Source: Candidatus Enterousia sp.
GTDB taxonomy: Bacteria; Pseudomonadota; Alphaproteobacteria; Rs-D84
Assembly (NCBI GenBank): GCA_045546195.1
Contig: JAZQCH010000001.1
Location: 39,362-103,361 of the forward strand
Reading direction: 5' to 3'
Length of the DNA: 64,000 bases
Positions 45,747 through 56,745 of the stretch are shown here, in pieces (position 1 is the first letter of the stretch; every line of letters begins with the position of its first letter). The notes beneath the pieces were generated by a model. The model saw only the letters and a list, made by a program, of their open reading frames with translations, was not told the DNA's origin and made no database searches. The position numbers and the translations under genes are program-made.

Positions 45747-46832
45747 TTACTCTTCAACTTCACCCATTGTGTCATCCATATCATCATCGATTGGCCCGGT
45801 TGTCATCTCTTCGGCGATACCGGACGCACGCGCCATAATTTTATCCAACAATGCCTGTTGCGCTTCTGGATGGTCTTTCAGCCATTGACGTGCATTTGCT
45901 TCGCCCTGGCCCATACGTTCGCTGTTATATGAATAGAAACTGCCTGCCTTTTCAATCAGGTCATATTTAACACCCATATCCAAGATTTCACTGATGCGGC
46001 TAATACCTTCGCCATACATAATTTTGAAATCAACTGTACGAAATGGTGGCGCGACCTTGTTCTTTACAACCTTAACACGCGTTTCATTTCCGATGATATT
46101 TTCTTTATCCTTAATCTGGCCTGTACGGCGGATATCCAGGCGTACCGACGCATAGAACTTTAACGCATTACCACCGGATGTTGTTTCCGGATTACCAAAC
46201 ATAACCCCAATTTTCATACGAATCTGATTGATAAAGATAAGCAGCGTATTACTGCGCGAAACCGACCCCGCCAGTTTTTTCAAACTCTGGCTCATCAAAC
46301 GTGCGGTTGTACCAACAAACGAATCGCCGATATTCCCTTCTAATTCTGCGCGTGGCACCAATGCGGCCACCGAATCGATAACCACAACATCCACCGCACC
46401 CGACTTAATCAAAGTGTCTGCGATTTCCAACGCCTGTTCACCTGAATCTGGCTGTGAAATAATCAGGTTCGAAACATCAACACCCAATTTCTTGGCATAA
46501 CTTGGGTCCAACGCATTTTCCGCATCAATATACGCACACGTTCCACCCTTTTTCTGGGATTCCGCCACCGCATGCAATGCCAAAGTCGTTTTACCCGATG
46601 ATTCCGGCCCATAGATTTCAACGATGCGCCCTTTGGGATACCCACCGATTCCCAACGCGATATCCAACCCCAGCGACCCTGATGAAATCGCCTCTATATT
46701 CTGTTGCGAACCATCACCCATTTTCATGATGGCTTCCTTGCCAAACTGTTTTTGAATTTGTGCCAACGCAGATTCCAACGCAGGATTTTTTGCGAACAAT
46801 CCACTATCCTTGGCGGCTTCTTTTTTTGCCAT
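45747..46832 (-). CDS. recA: Recombinase RecA
   Basis: Walker [11 protein letters not shown]1/L2 loops, 361 aa. Confidence 0.95.
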   Translation of the reverse strand: MAKKEAAKDSGLFAKNPALESALAQIQKQFGKEAIMKMGDGSQQNIEAISSGSLGLDIALGIGGYPKGRIVEIYGPESSGKTTLALHAVAESQKKGGTCAYIDAENALDPSYAKKLGVDVSNLIISQPDSGEQALEIADTLIKSGAVDVVVIDSVAALVPRAELEGNIGDSFVGTTARLMSQSLKKLAGSVSRSNTLLIFINQIRMKIGVMFGNPETTSGGNALKFYASVRLDIRRTGQIKDKENIIGNETRVKVVKNKVAPPFRTVDFKIMYGEGISRISEILDMGVKYDLIEKAGSFYSYNSERMGQGEANARQWLKDHPEAQQALLDKIMARASGIAEEMTTGPIDDDMDDTMGEVEE

Positions 46833-46895
46833 ACTTTTCCCCTTTATTTCTTAGGAAAATCATACAAACAAACCCCATAAAAATCAACGAATTTA

Positions 46896-48083
46896 TTATC
46901 TTTTCTTTTCGACCAAGACCAGCAAACTAAACGCCCCAACAAAGACCGTCACCGTCCAAACCGCCGCTGTTGTTCCAAACAACGAAATCACCGCGGCCGC
47001 CAACATTGGGGCAATAACATTTGGTAAATTCACGCTGGTTCTAAACACACCATAATACTTGGACTGCTGTGCCGCCGTCGTCCCATCAAAGAACAACAAA
47101 TCATGCACCGATTCCATCAATGCCCCCGACACCTGCCACGCCACAAATATCACCAACAACGGCACCCCAGTCACAAACATCGCCGCCGCAGACAACACCG
47201 CAAACGACCCAAATCCCAACACCATCCAAATGGTTTTACCTGTCTTGCGTACAACGCGCCCCATAAATTCACTCAACAACAAATACGGCACAATCCCCAG
47301 TGTCAACACCCACCCCAACGCATCTTTGTCAAACCCATTTTCAATCACCAAAATCGGCACATACAGCACACGCATCGCACGCAACGAATAGTATCCAAAA
47401 TTCACCAAATACGCCCGCATCATCCCCGGCACCTGGAAAAATTCCATTGTATTTTTCCACAACGCGCGCACAGTCCTGTTTGGTTTTACCGCACGCACCT
47501 GCTTATCTTCTTGAACAATTTTAAAATACTTAAACGCAGTCCACGCAATCAAATACATCACCGCCGAACCAAAGAACGCCGCCCGATTACCAAAATGATT
47601 TGCGATAAAAACCGCCACCGTTGGCGCGAACAAGGCCCCAACATTCAGCCACAAATGATACCGCGAATTCAGCCGCGCCATCCCAATCTTTTTCGAAAAA
47701 TCAGACATGAATAACGGAATCAGCATACTGGACAAAGTAATCGCAATCCCGGTTGTATAATCCAGAATAATAAACGTACGCGGCAATATGGAAAAACTCA
47801 TCATCGCATAGCACACCGCCATCATCAGCAAGGCGAAATAGAACACGCGTGCCTTGGAAAACATACGCAAAATTTCGTTTGCGAACAACCCAACCAAGAA
47901 ACAGAACACAGAATAAATTGCGACATAAACACCCACAACCGCAGATGACTTAAAAATCTCTAAAATCACCAATGCATAAACAGCATTATAAATACCATCC
48001 GCAAAACCCGTAAAGAACCCCAAATTTGCGAATGAAAAACCATTTACTTTTCTGCCAACTGAAATATATCTATCTCTCGCCAT
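46896..48083 (-). CDS. MFS transporter
   Basis: 12 predicted TM segments, 395 aa. Confidence 0.6.
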   Translation of the reverse strand: MARDRYISVGRKVNGFSFANLGFFTGFADGIYNAVYALVILEIFKSSAVVGVYVAIYSVFCFLVGLFANEILRMFSKARVFYFALLMMAVCYAMMSFSILPRTFIILDYTTGIAITLSSMLIPLFMSDFSKKIGMARLNSRYHLWLNVGALFAPTVAVFIANHFGNRAAFFGSAVMYLIAWTAFKYFKIVQEDKQVRAVKPNRTVRALWKNTMEFFQVPGMMRAYLVNFGYYSLRAMRVLYVPILVIENGFDKDALGWVLTLGIVPYLLLSEFMGRVVRKTGKTIWMVLGFGSFAVLSAAAMFVTGVPLLVIFVAWQVSGALMESVHDLLFFDGTTAAQQSKYYGVFRTSVNLPNVIAPMLAAAVISLFGTTAAVWTVTVFVGAFSLLVLVEKKR

Positions 48084-48100
48084 AGTAATTCATTATACCA

Positions 48101-48130
48101 TAAAAAATCCCCCATCGGGGGATTTTTATT
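48101..48130 (-). terminator. Terminator hairpin aatcccccatcgggggatt with flanking T-run and A-run
   Basis: Inverted repeat 48106-48124. Confidence 0.55.
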
Positions 48131-48812
48131 TCTTTAACAAATACCACTTTACGACATCAGCAACAACCATACCAATAAATGCGCCAAAAATCACATCACT
48201 TGGCCAATGTGCCCCAACCGCAATCCGCGACACCCCAATCACAATCGCCAACCCCCACGTTAATGGTTTATATTTTGGCGCCAACATACCAATCATAACC
48301 AACGCCGCAAAACTGACCGTCGTGTGTCCTGATGGCATTGAATTAAATTCCCACTTTAATTGTGGCGGGAAAAACCCGGTCAATTCCAAAGACTCAAAAA
48401 ACACAGGCCGTTGACGTCCAATAAAAATCTTTAACACCCGGGCCACCACCCCCGCACCAACGACACTGCACAAAATCAAGAACGCATTGTTGTTTTTTAT
48501 ATTTATTAAAAAGTTATGAATAAACGCCCCAATATTTAATCGATTCGCACACTTTAAAAAACTACAATCTGTTTTGACACACTTTTTAATACAAAACACC
48601 AACACAGCAATCAACGCACCAAAAATCCAAACCTTGGCATCAAACGCATACCCAAACCAATGCCACAACCGACAATCAAACTGTCGCAGGAACAAATACA
48701 ATGGCTTATCAAACCACATTATACCCAACGCCACCAACACCCCTGTCACCAGTGCCGCGATGCCCATCTTGCGCCATTTAATTTCATTATTTGCTGTCAA
48801 AAACATATCCAC
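48126..48812 (-). CDS. PAP2-family membrane phosphatase
   Basis: Motifs PSGH and SRIAVGAHWPSDV (PAP2 signature KX6RP / PSGH / SRX5HX3D). Confidence 0.75.
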   Translation of the reverse strand: MDMFLTANNEIKWRKMGIAALVTGVLVALGIMWFDKPLYLFLRQFDCRLWHWFGYAFDAKVWIFGALIAVLVFCIKKCVKTDCSFLKCANRLNIGAFIHNFLINIKNNNAFLILCSVVGAGVVARVLKIFIGRQRPVFFESLELTGFFPPQLKWEFNSMPSGHTTVSFAALVMIGMLAPKYKPLTWGLAIVIGVSRIAVGAHWPSDVIFGAFIGMVVADVVKWYLLKK

Positions 48813-48827
48813 ACCCCCAAAAACAAA

Positions 48828-50336
48828 TTATTCCGCAATCAGCCTGTTATACACCTTTTTATCCGTCAGAATCTTTACCGATACCGCCGTCGCAACCGCG
48901 TCTTCGTCCGCCCCATTTGTTATCACCGGGCACCCACGTCGAATCGCATCCGCATCAACCGACGCGTCTTTATTAAAGTCCTGCGAATTAAAATCATTGT
49001 TTATCACGTTCAAGAAAAACGCATTTTGCTGCTGATTCGTTCTGATATTCGACAAACACACAATCGGGAAAATCCCCCGTCCATCAATTTTGCGTCCCTG
49101 CCCTGTTTTAATTGATTTATTCAGCAATTCCAACGCCCCACCATTATCTAAATCAATCCGCGATGCGATACGTGCGGAACCCGCAGTCGGCGTTCCCACC
49201 AATACCCCGCGCGCATTTTCATAGAATGCCGCAACCAACGCTTCCGCGGTGCCACGCGTCTGATCTGACATCAACACAACCACCGGCGCATCCGTCACCG
49301 CATCCCCGCCGGGCACAACCTCGACCTCGTCCGATGCGGTTTCAACGATTCGCATAATTGGATTTTTCCCAACAAACAATCCACCCAGTTTTGCCGCCGC
49401 GCGTTCATCATCACCACCCGCCACACGCAAATCCAGTACAATCCCCGACACATCTGGATACCGCGCCAACGCTTCGTTGACGATACTAACCGCCCCATCT
49501 GACACCTTGTGAACAATTATTTCTAACAACCCACCTGTATTCGGATCTGACCGATGAACAACATCCGCATCCGCCAAAACAATTGTCGCACGACGCAACA
49601 CGACATCTTTGTTTCCGCCCGGTGTCAGCAGATGAATTTTCGAAGTTCCCGAATTAAACCCAGTCATAACCGCATCCAATTCTGCATCCGACATTTCCGC
49701 AACATATCGCCCGTTAATCTGTTCGATTAAATCCCCGGCGCGAATCCCTGCCATATCCGCAGGTGCCCCCTTATAGATACCATTTACCCGAAAATTCCCG
49801 CGCGCATCACGCATACCTTCGATACCAACACTGGTCAACAACCGCCCATCTTCGGCAATTTCTGCGGCCTTGGAAAAAATATAGCGACCATTTTCATCAA
49901 CCCCGCGAATCAGACTGTCGACTACTGCTTGATACATTTCACTTTCCGACAATGCGCGCAAACTTGAATCATACGCCCGCATTTTCAATATCAACGCTGT
50001 TGTGATTTCACCAAATCCGTTCCAATCGCCCGCATCTGGCCGTGGAAAATTCGCAATAATATCATCCCCCCATACCAGCACAACCCGTTCATCAGTTGCC
50101 GCCACATGCGCAGACTGGTTCAAATTTTCCAGACTTTCAATTGCGACATTCAGATTTTTACCTGCCCAATTTACATCGTCTAATTTCTGATAAATTTCCG
50201 CAAAAGTTTTTGATACTTCAAACACCGGCAAACCATCTTGAACCGGCTCGTCTTCAAAGAACAAACTTTCCGCACATGCGCCGTGCGCCACCCCCAGAAT
50301 CATTGTCATAAAAATCAAAAACTTTTTTATTCCCAT
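48828..50336 (-). CDS. Carboxy-terminal processing peptidase (S41, Ctp/Prc-like) with a PDZ domain
   Basis: Signal peptide; PDZ (GIRAGDLIEQINGRYV); S41 catalytic region; start MGIKKF with SD gggggacgga. Confidence 0.75.
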   Translation of the reverse strand: MGIKKFLIFMTMILGVAHGACAESLFFEDEPVQDGLPVFEVSKTFAEIYQKLDDVNWAGKNLNVAIESLENLNQSAHVAATDERVVLVWGDDIIANFPRPDAGDWNGFGEITTALILKMRAYDSSLRALSESEMYQAVVDSLIRGVDENGRYIFSKAAEIAEDGRLLTSVGIEGMRDARGNFRVNGIYKGAPADMAGIRAGDLIEQINGRYVAEMSDAELDAVMTGFNSGTSKIHLLTPGGNKDVVLRRATIVLADADVVHRSDPNTGGLLEIIVHKVSDGAVSIVNEALARYPDVSGIVLDLRVAGGDDERAAAKLGGLFVGKNPIMRIVETASDEVEVVPGGDAVTDAPVVVLMSDQTRGTAEALVAAFYENARGVLVGTPTAGSARIASRIDLDNGGALELLNKSIKTGQGRKIDGRGIFPIVCLSNIRTNQQQNAFFLNVINNDFNSQDFNKDASVDADAIRRGCPVITNGADEDAVATAVSVKILTDKKVYNRLIAE

Positions 50337-50371
50337 ATTCCGTCCCCCCGTGGCGCACGCGCGCATATTAT

Positions 50372-51253
50372 TTAGTTGTCTGAATCACGCAAATTAAAGT
50401 GATACAACATAATATTTGAAACATACATACTGGTAAAGGTACCCATAATTACGCTGAATCCCATCGCATAGGCAAATTCGCGCAACATCTGGCCACCGAA
50501 TATCGCCAATCCAATCATTGCCAACAATGTTGAAACACTGGTCAGCATCGTACGACGCAACATTTCATTAACCGACAAATCAATCAAATCGCCCATCGGC
50601 ATCTTATGATACTTCTTTACATTTTCGTCGATTCGGTCATAGTTCACAATTTTGTCGTTAATCGAATACCCAATCCCGGTCAAGATAACCGCAATCGCCG
50701 TCTGATTAAATTCCAACCCTGTAATGGAAAAGAACCCAAACATCAACACAAAGTCCAAGAACAAGGATACAAACGCCCCAACGGCATACCCCCCCTTATA
50801 CCGAATCCAAACATAAATCGCCATCATAACGAACGCGAACAGAATTGCCAAAATACCGCCACGAACCAGTTCCCCACCGATTTTCGGTCCGACAACCTGA
50901 ACCTGTGAATATTCTACATTATCCCCCAATATATTTTTAATCTGGGCGACGCGTTCATTTTGTACGGCATCGGTCGCCCCCTTGGGCAGCCCCAGTCGAA
51001 TCAAAATCGCATCACCATCGACGGCCTGTAATTCTGGTTTAAATTCCGCCAACGATTCACGCATCTGTTCAATGCCATACCCCTGAACAACTGGCTTAAC
51101 CTCCATCGCGATACCGCCCGAAAAGTCAATACCATAATTCAACCCACGCACCAACAGTGACAACACCGACAACAAAATCAAGGCACCCGAAACAAAGTAT
51201 GACACCTTGCGAAATTTCATAATATGCAGTTTCATAACACTACCCCTTTGCAC
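50372..51253 (-). CDS. secF: Protein-export membrane protein SecF
   Basis: Six-TM SecF topology; immediately downstream of secD. Confidence 0.85.
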   Translation of the reverse strand: MQRGSVMKLHIMKFRKVSYFVSGALILLSVLSLLVRGLNYGIDFSGGIAMEVKPVVQGYGIEQMRESLAEFKPELQAVDGDAILIRLGLPKGATDAVQNERVAQIKNILGDNVEYSQVQVVGPKIGGELVRGGILAILFAFVMMAIYVWIRYKGGYAVGAFVSLFLDFVLMFGFFSITGLEFNQTAIAVILTGIGYSINDKIVNYDRIDENVKKYHKMPMGDLIDLSVNEMLRRTMLTSVSTLLAMIGLAIFGGQMLREFAYAMGFSVIMGTFTSMYVSNIMLYHFNLRDSDN

Positions 51254-51256
51254 TTA

Positions 51257-52825
51257 TTATTTCTTGCCACTGACAAAACCAATTTTCTTGTTTTTGCCGT
51301 TCATATACCAATCCACCAATACTTTGGTCAACCACACACATGTGAACAAGGTTGTCAAAATACCAATCGACAAAGTTACCGCAAATCCACGAATTGGACC
51401 GGCACCGAACTGGAACAACACCAAACCACAAATCAACGTAGTCAAGTTTCCGTCCAGAACCGCCTTCATCGCACGCTCAAACCCCAGGTTTGTCGCCCGC
51501 AATGTCGGTGTCCCCGCACGCACTTCGTCACGAATACGTTCAAACGGCAACACATTTGCGTCCACCGCCATCCCCAGTGTCAGCACGATACCCGCAATCC
51601 CCGGCAATGTCAGCGTTGCCCCAAACAGTGCGGTCAACCCAATAATCATGCCTAAATTCACCATCAACGAAATCATCGCAATAACACCGAACCCGCGGTA
51701 CACCAATATCAGGAACAAGAATATGAAAATCACACCCGCAATCGCACCAATTTTACCACCCGCGATTGTATCTGCCCCCAGTCCTGCGCCAACCGTACGT
51801 TCTTCGATTACCTGTAACGGTGCCGGCAATGCCCCCGACCGCAACAGAACCGCTAAATCCTTGGCCCCCTGAACAGAAAAGCCACCTGAAATCTGGCCAC
51901 GTCCACCTGGGATTGGTTCACGAATAACCGGCGCGGACAAAACTTTGCCGTCCAGAACAATTGCGAATCGTTCGTTAACATGTTCCGTTGTCAATTTTGC
52001 GAACCGACGCGCACCCGACGCATCAAACACAGTCGATACAACCGGCATATTATGCTGGTCAAAATCCGCCTGTGAATCTTTTAACGATTCGCCTGAAACT
52101 TCTACACGGCTGTACACCGGCACAATCGAATCCGGCGCATCAATATATGGCAAAAATTCAGTCCCCGCCGGCGCACGCCCCGACTGAATCTGTTCCACAG
52201 ACACAGACTCGTTCACCAAATGGAACGTCATTTTTGCGGTCTGCCCAATCAATTCTTTGATACGTTCTGGATTATCAACACCCGGCAACTGAACCAAGAT
52301 ATATTTACCACCCTGACTTTGGATTGATGGTTCTTTGGTCCCCAGCGCATCAATACGACGACGCACAATTTCGATACTGCGTGCCAGCGCATCTTTCTGC
52401 ATTTCTGCGCGTTGCTGTTCAGAATACGATAACGAAATCGTCTTGCCATCCGACGTAATATCAACCGTATTACCGAATATACTTTTCAATCGTCCTTTGG
52501 CGTCACTAACCTGGTCTTCGTCGCGCACGACAAACGACACCACACCATCATGATTACGCAGATTTGAAAAACGAATAACACCCTTGTTTCTGTCAATCAG
52601 TGCCGAACGTGCTTCGTCATACAACTGCTGTGTTTTTTCCTGGAACATCGTATCCATATCCACCGACAACAGCAACTGCGCCCCGCCCTTCAGGTCCAAC
52701 CCCAACGGCACAGGTTCAATCCATTTTGGAAAATATGGTGCCAAATTCGGCGCCATTGTTGGCACAGCCAACAACACACAAAAGACTGCTACAAAAACAA
52801 TCGCCAACTTCTTAAACATACCCAA
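51257..52825 (-). CDS. secD: Protein-export membrane protein SecD
   Basis: 522 aa with a periplasmic P1 domain and RND-like TM bundle; in yajC-secD-secF order. Confidence 0.9.
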   Translation of the reverse strand: MGMFKKLAIVFVAVFCVLLAVPTMAPNLAPYFPKWIEPVPLGLDLKGGAQLLLSVDMDTMFQEKTQQLYDEARSALIDRNKGVIRFSNLRNHDGVVSFVVRDEDQVSDAKGRLKSIFGNTVDITSDGKTISLSYSEQQRAEMQKDALARSIEIVRRRIDALGTKEPSIQSQGGKYILVQLPGVDNPERIKELIGQTAKMTFHLVNESVSVEQIQSGRAPAGTEFLPYIDAPDSIVPVYSRVEVSGESLKDSQADFDQHNMPVVSTVFDASGARRFAKLTTEHVNERFAIVLDGKVLSAPVIREPIPGGRGQISGGFSVQGAKDLAVLLRSGALPAPLQVIEERTVGAGLGADTIAGGKIGAIAGVIFIFLFLILVYRGFGVIAMISLMVNLGMIIGLTALFGATLTLPGIAGIVLTLGMAVDANVLPFERIRDEVRAGTPTLRATNLGFERAMKAVLDGNLTTLICGLVLFQFGAGPIRGFAVTLSIGILTTLFTCVWLTKVLVDWYMNGKNKKIGFVSGKK

Positions 52826-52828
52826 CCC

Positions 52829-53143
52829 TTATTGTTCCACAGACGCAACGGCGTTCTTATTAACTTCGATAACAACACCCTTGGCAACTTCTACTTCTAT
52901 TGTATTTTCATTGATTTTTTTAATCACGCCATAAATCCCGGCGGCCATCACACGATTACCAACCTGTAATGAATCCAGCATTTTTTGGTATTCTGCCATA
53001 CGCTTTTTATTTGGACGCACCATAAACAGATAAATAATTCCGAACACAACAACACAATACAGCACCATCCCCCAGAAACCATTTTGCTGGGCCACAGGTG
53101 CGGTCTGTACCGCTGTATCAACAACATCGATTGTTTGTTCCAT
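52829..53143 (-). CDS. yajC: Preprotein translocase subunit YajC
   Basis: 104 aa, single TM, conserved GIYGVIKKI motif; upstream of secD. Confidence 0.85.
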   Translation of the reverse strand: MEQTIDVVDTAVQTAPVAQQNGFWGMVLYCVVVFGIIYLFMVRPNKKRMAEYQKMLDSLQVGNRVMAAGIYGVIKKINENTIEVEVAKGVVIEVNKNAVASVEQ

Positions 53144-53216
53144 ATGATTTCTCCTTGTCTTTAATACCCAGACAATAGTAAATCAGACCATAAAAGTAAA
53201 GAAAAAATACCAGATT

Positions 53217-54956
53217 TTATAACCGTTCGAACCAAGTATCAATTTCAGTCATGGCAATAAACTTATATACTGGTCGCCCATGATTACATTGCCCCGCCCG
53301 TTCTGTTTTTTCAATATCGCGCAGCAAGGCATCCATCTGGACCAAATCCAATTTTTGTCCCGCCCGCACAGAATGGTGGCACGCATAATTCGCCAACTTC
53401 AAATGCAGTTTTTCACTTAACTGCGACGAATGCCCATTGGCACGCACTTCATCGGCAACACTGCGCAACACATCCCCCCAGTTCAAATCCCAATCGGCCG
53501 GCTTTTCAAATATCGCAATCGCGTCTTCGCCAAATTCGCCCACAACCAAACCGGCCGCCTTTAACTCGTCCGCGATTGACATAACCGCCATAACATCCGC
53601 GTCCCGCATATTTACCACAATCGGTGTCAACAATGGCTGGGTCTTAATCTTGTGCGCGCGCAGTTTTTCATATGTTATGCGTTCATGGGCGGCATGCTGG
53701 TCAACAATCACCATATTGTCGTCTTTTTGCGCAATAATGTATTTATTACCAATCTGCCCGACAACACGTCCCAACGGCAAATCTGGAACTGCGACTTCAT
53801 CCGCAACTGGCATCTGTGCTAAATTATTTTCAACCGGTCGCATAACTGGTGGCAACTTAATATCATCGCGCACCTGAAACATTTCGCGTCGAATACCAAA
53901 ATCAAATTTAGTCACCACCGCCTGGGGGGCAATCTGTACATCCGGCCCAATCGGCGATGCCGGCGCAGTCGCTACATTTTGTACCATTGTTTTTGACAAC
54001 CGGTCACGCAAAGTCTTAATAATAAATGCCCGCACATGATTTGGTTCCAAGAAGTGTACTTCGGTTTTAGCCGGCGACACATTAACATCCACCGCATTTG
54101 TCGGCACCGTCAAATACAGCGCGCACAGTGGAAATTCACGTGCATGCATAACATCCATATACGCCGCCCGCAACGCCCCCACCAGAACCTTATCCTTGAC
54201 CGGGCGACCATTAACAAACAAATACTGGTCCACACTGGATGCGCGTCGCAATGTCGGTTCGGATATAAATCCGGTCAACTTCATCTCTGAATTACTGCCC
54301 GACACTGCATCAATTTCCAACATCCGCCCCCGAACATCATCCCCCATAACAGATGCAACGCGATCTAACAAATCTTCGTCTTTTTGGAAACGCCACTTAT
54401 TATTTAACACAAACCCAACATCCGACCGCGACATTGCCAAACGCTTTACCACATCCAACACAGACATCATTTCCGCCCGGTCGCCACGCAAAAACTTTAA
54501 CCGCGCAGGCGTTTTTGCGAACAAATTCCGAACCCGAATCCGCGTTCCACCTTCCCAATTCGAAGGCTTTATTTCCCGTGTATTTGCGTCAATCTGCCAA
54601 CCATTTGAATCCGCACCATTACATGTATCAATCACCATATCTGACACAGACGCAATTGATGGCAACGCTTCGCCACGAAACCCCATATAGTTTATATTCA
54701 ACAAATCATCCGTCGGCAATTTCGATGTTGCGTGCCGTGTAATTGCGCGGGATAAATCATCACGGCTCATCCCTGAACCATTATCAACAATACTGATTAG
54801 CGTTCGTCCGCCATCGGTGACATCAATCATAATCTGGTCTGCCCCTGCGTCCAGCGCATTTTCCACCAATTCTTTGACCACACTGGCGGGGCGTTCGACC
54901 ACCTCACCTGCGGCAATTTGGTTAATCAGGAAATCCGGCAATACGCGTACAGCCAT
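53217..54956 (-). CDS. mutL: DNA mismatch repair protein MutL
   Basis: GHKL ATPase motifs (ELVENALDAGA, DNGSGM) and C-terminal dimerisation domain. Confidence 0.9.
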   Translation of the reverse strand: MAVRVLPDFLINQIAAGEVVERPASVVKELVENALDAGADQIMIDVTDGGRTLISIVDNGSGMSRDDLSRAITRHATSKLPTDDLLNINYMGFRGEALPSIASVSDMVIDTCNGADSNGWQIDANTREIKPSNWEGGTRIRVRNLFAKTPARLKFLRGDRAEMMSVLDVVKRLAMSRSDVGFVLNNKWRFQKDEDLLDRVASVMGDDVRGRMLEIDAVSGSNSEMKLTGFISEPTLRRASSVDQYLFVNGRPVKDKVLVGALRAAYMDVMHAREFPLCALYLTVPTNAVDVNVSPAKTEVHFLEPNHVRAFIIKTLRDRLSKTMVQNVATAPASPIGPDVQIAPQAVVTKFDFGIRREMFQVRDDIKLPPVMRPVENNLAQMPVADEVAVPDLPLGRVVGQIGNKYIIAQKDDNMVIVDQHAAHERITYEKLRAHKIKTQPLLTPIVVNMRDADVMAVMSIADELKAAGLVVGEFGEDAIAIFEKPADWDLNWGDVLRSVADEVRANGHSSQLSEKLHLKLANYACHHSVRAGQKLDLVQMDALLRDIEKTERAGQCNHGRPVYKFIAMTEIDTWFERL

Positions 54957-54968
54957 CCCTTTGTCCTA

Positions 54969-55439
54969 TTATTCCTTAAAAGTGACAGATAAAATTTCGT
55001 ATTCTTTTTCACCGCCCGGCAACTTTACAATACATGTATCCCCAACACATCGCCCAATCATTGCGCGCCCAACTGGGGATGTACATGAAATCACCGTCCG
55101 CCCATCTGATTCAATATCAGACAATATTCGGCATTGCATTTTATTACCATCTTCATCTTCGGCCACGACGCGCGCCCCAAACACCACGCGATTCCCCGAC
55201 AACGAATCCACATCAATCACAGACGCATTTTCAATTATGTTTTCGATAAACCGAATACGGGCATCAATCTGACGCTGTTTTTCACGCGCCGCACTATAAT
55301 CGGCATTTTCCGACAAATCCCCCAACGACCGCGCCCATTGAACAGTCTTTAAAATTTCTGGTCTTTGATTTTCCTGTAAATCTTTTAATTCTTTAATCAG
55401 CGCATCGAACCCTGCGCGTGAAATCGGCTTTTTTTCCAT
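54969..55439 (-). CDS. greA: Transcription elongation factor GreA
   Basis: Start MEKKPISRAGFDALIKEL; coiled-coil plus FKBP-like C-terminal domain, ~157 aa. Confidence 0.85.
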   Translation of the reverse strand: MEKKPISRAGFDALIKELKDLQENQRPEILKTVQWARSLGDLSENADYSAAREKQRQIDARIRFIENIIENASVIDVDSLSGNRVVFGARVVAEDEDGNKMQCRILSDIESDGRTVISCTSPVGRAMIGRCVGDTCIVKLPGGEKEYEILSVTFKE

Positions 55440-55463
55440 CTTAACTTTCCTGTTTAATATTAT

Positions 55464-55492
55464 TTGACAAATTATAAGCAATCATTTTAATT
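55464..55492 (+). promoter_or_regulatory. Candidate sigma70-type promoter (TTGACA, 17-nt spacer, TTAATT) upstream of the lptF/G-like gene
   Basis: Perfect -35 hexamer; weak -10; ~40 nt upstream of the ATG at 55530. Confidence 0.3.
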
Positions 55493-55529
55493 TTGCAATT
55501 ATGAAATTAAGCGTTATACTATACATAAC

Positions 55530-56588
55530 ATGTTCAGGACAAGTATCTTAACCCGCTTTCTTCTGCGTCGATTTTTTTCCGGCGTTGGTCTTGTTATGCT
55601 GGTCGTATGCGGGATTATTTTGGCGGTAACATTTGTTGAACGCCTGCCGTCAAATCCGACGGCATTTGATGCGCTGTACGAATCCTGGGTACGATTGTTG
55701 GAATACGTCCCGATGTTTTTGCCAATGGCTGTGTTTATGGGCACCCTGCTGACATCCTATAACCTGACAAAATCTACTGAAAACATTATTATTTCCAGTG
55801 CTGGTCTGTCCCCGTATCAATCAACCAAGCCATTTCTGGTTGGCGCGTTTTTAATTGGCGTTTTTGCGACAACTGTAATCAATCCATACTCAGTAGATAT
55901 CAGCGTTCAAAACATCACCCCCGAACATTTACAGTTAATTGATAATACAATCTGGCTGCGCGAAGAATCCGACGCCGGCTTTATCACAATGAACGCCAAA
56001 AATATGCACAAGGCTGGGGGCGTCCTAATTTTTGAAAACGCGACCGTCTATACCCAGACCCCACAATTCAAACTAACCAACCGCGTCCAGGCCGACACCA
56101 TCACCCTGTCTGATATTGGACTGGCCGCACACAACGCAACAATCTGGAACGCAGACGGCACAACCAAACACGGCAACTGGGAAACAAAAACCCAACTGAC
56201 CCCACAAACGGTTCTGGACAGATACCTTCAACCCGACCAGATTTCATTCTGGCAACTGCCCGACTTTATCCAACGCATGGAATCAATCGGTGTACCTGTG
56301 CGCGGTCACCGTGTTCAGTTGTGGACACTATTATTCCTGCCGCTGACAATGATTGCGATGGCAACATTGGGGGTCGCATTTTCCCAGACGAAACAACGCC
56401 GCAATTACAGTTTTGGTATTAAATTCAGCCTGGGTGTCATCACCTGCTTTGCGGTATATTTTTTGATTAACATGTTCAATGCATTGGGTGCGACGGGCAC
56501 ACTGCCACCAATACTATCTATTATTGCGCCACCCCTGATTATAATTGCGGGTGCTGGCATATTTATCAACAGTTTTGACACAATCTAA
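55530..56588 (+). CDS. LptF/LptG-family lipopolysaccharide export permease
   Basis: Six-TM YjgP/YjgQ architecture with a periplasmic beta-jellyroll insert; 352 aa. Confidence 0.75.
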   Translation: MFRTSILTRFLLRRFFSGVGLVMLVVCGIILAVTFVERLPSNPTAFDALYESWVRLLEYVPMFLPMAVFMGTLLTSYNLTKSTENIIISSAGLSPYQSTKPFLVGAFLIGVFATTVINPYSVDISVQNITPEHLQLIDNTIWLREESDAGFITMNAKNMHKAGGVLIFENATVYTQTPQFKLTNRVQADTITLSDIGLAAHNATIWNADGTTKHGNWETKTQLTPQTVLDRYLQPDQISFWQLPDFIQRMESIGVPVRGHRVQLWTLLFLPLTMIAMATLGVAFSQTKQRRNYSFGIKFSLGVITCFAVYFLINMFNALGATGTLPPILSIIAPPLIIIAGAGIFINSFDTI

Positions 56589-56610
56589 CAAACATACGGG
56601 GTACAAATAC

Positions 56611-56745
56611 ATGCCATTAAAAAAGAAAAAGAATTCTAAATTCCCACGCATTTTAATATGGACATTGATTGCCATACTGATTGTGCTAATGATAATATCA
56701 TTTGCCCCAACCCAGCATATGACCGAAATCGTGGTGTATCCCTAA
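56611..56745 (+). CDS. Small membrane protein (44 aa), not in the ORF track as a separate gene
   Basis: ATG at 56611 with upstream acgggg; MPLKKKKNSKFPRILIWTLIAILIVLMIISFAPTQHMTEIVVYP has a positive N-terminus and one TM helix; its stop abuts the xer start. Confidence 0.35.
   Translation: MPLKKKKNSKFPRILIWTLIAILIVLMIISFAPTQHMTEIVVYP

Noticed and set aside
47103-47714. 203-aa plus-strand His/Pro/Arg-rich ORF antisense to the MFS transporter
   Set aside because: Shadow ORF with biased composition.
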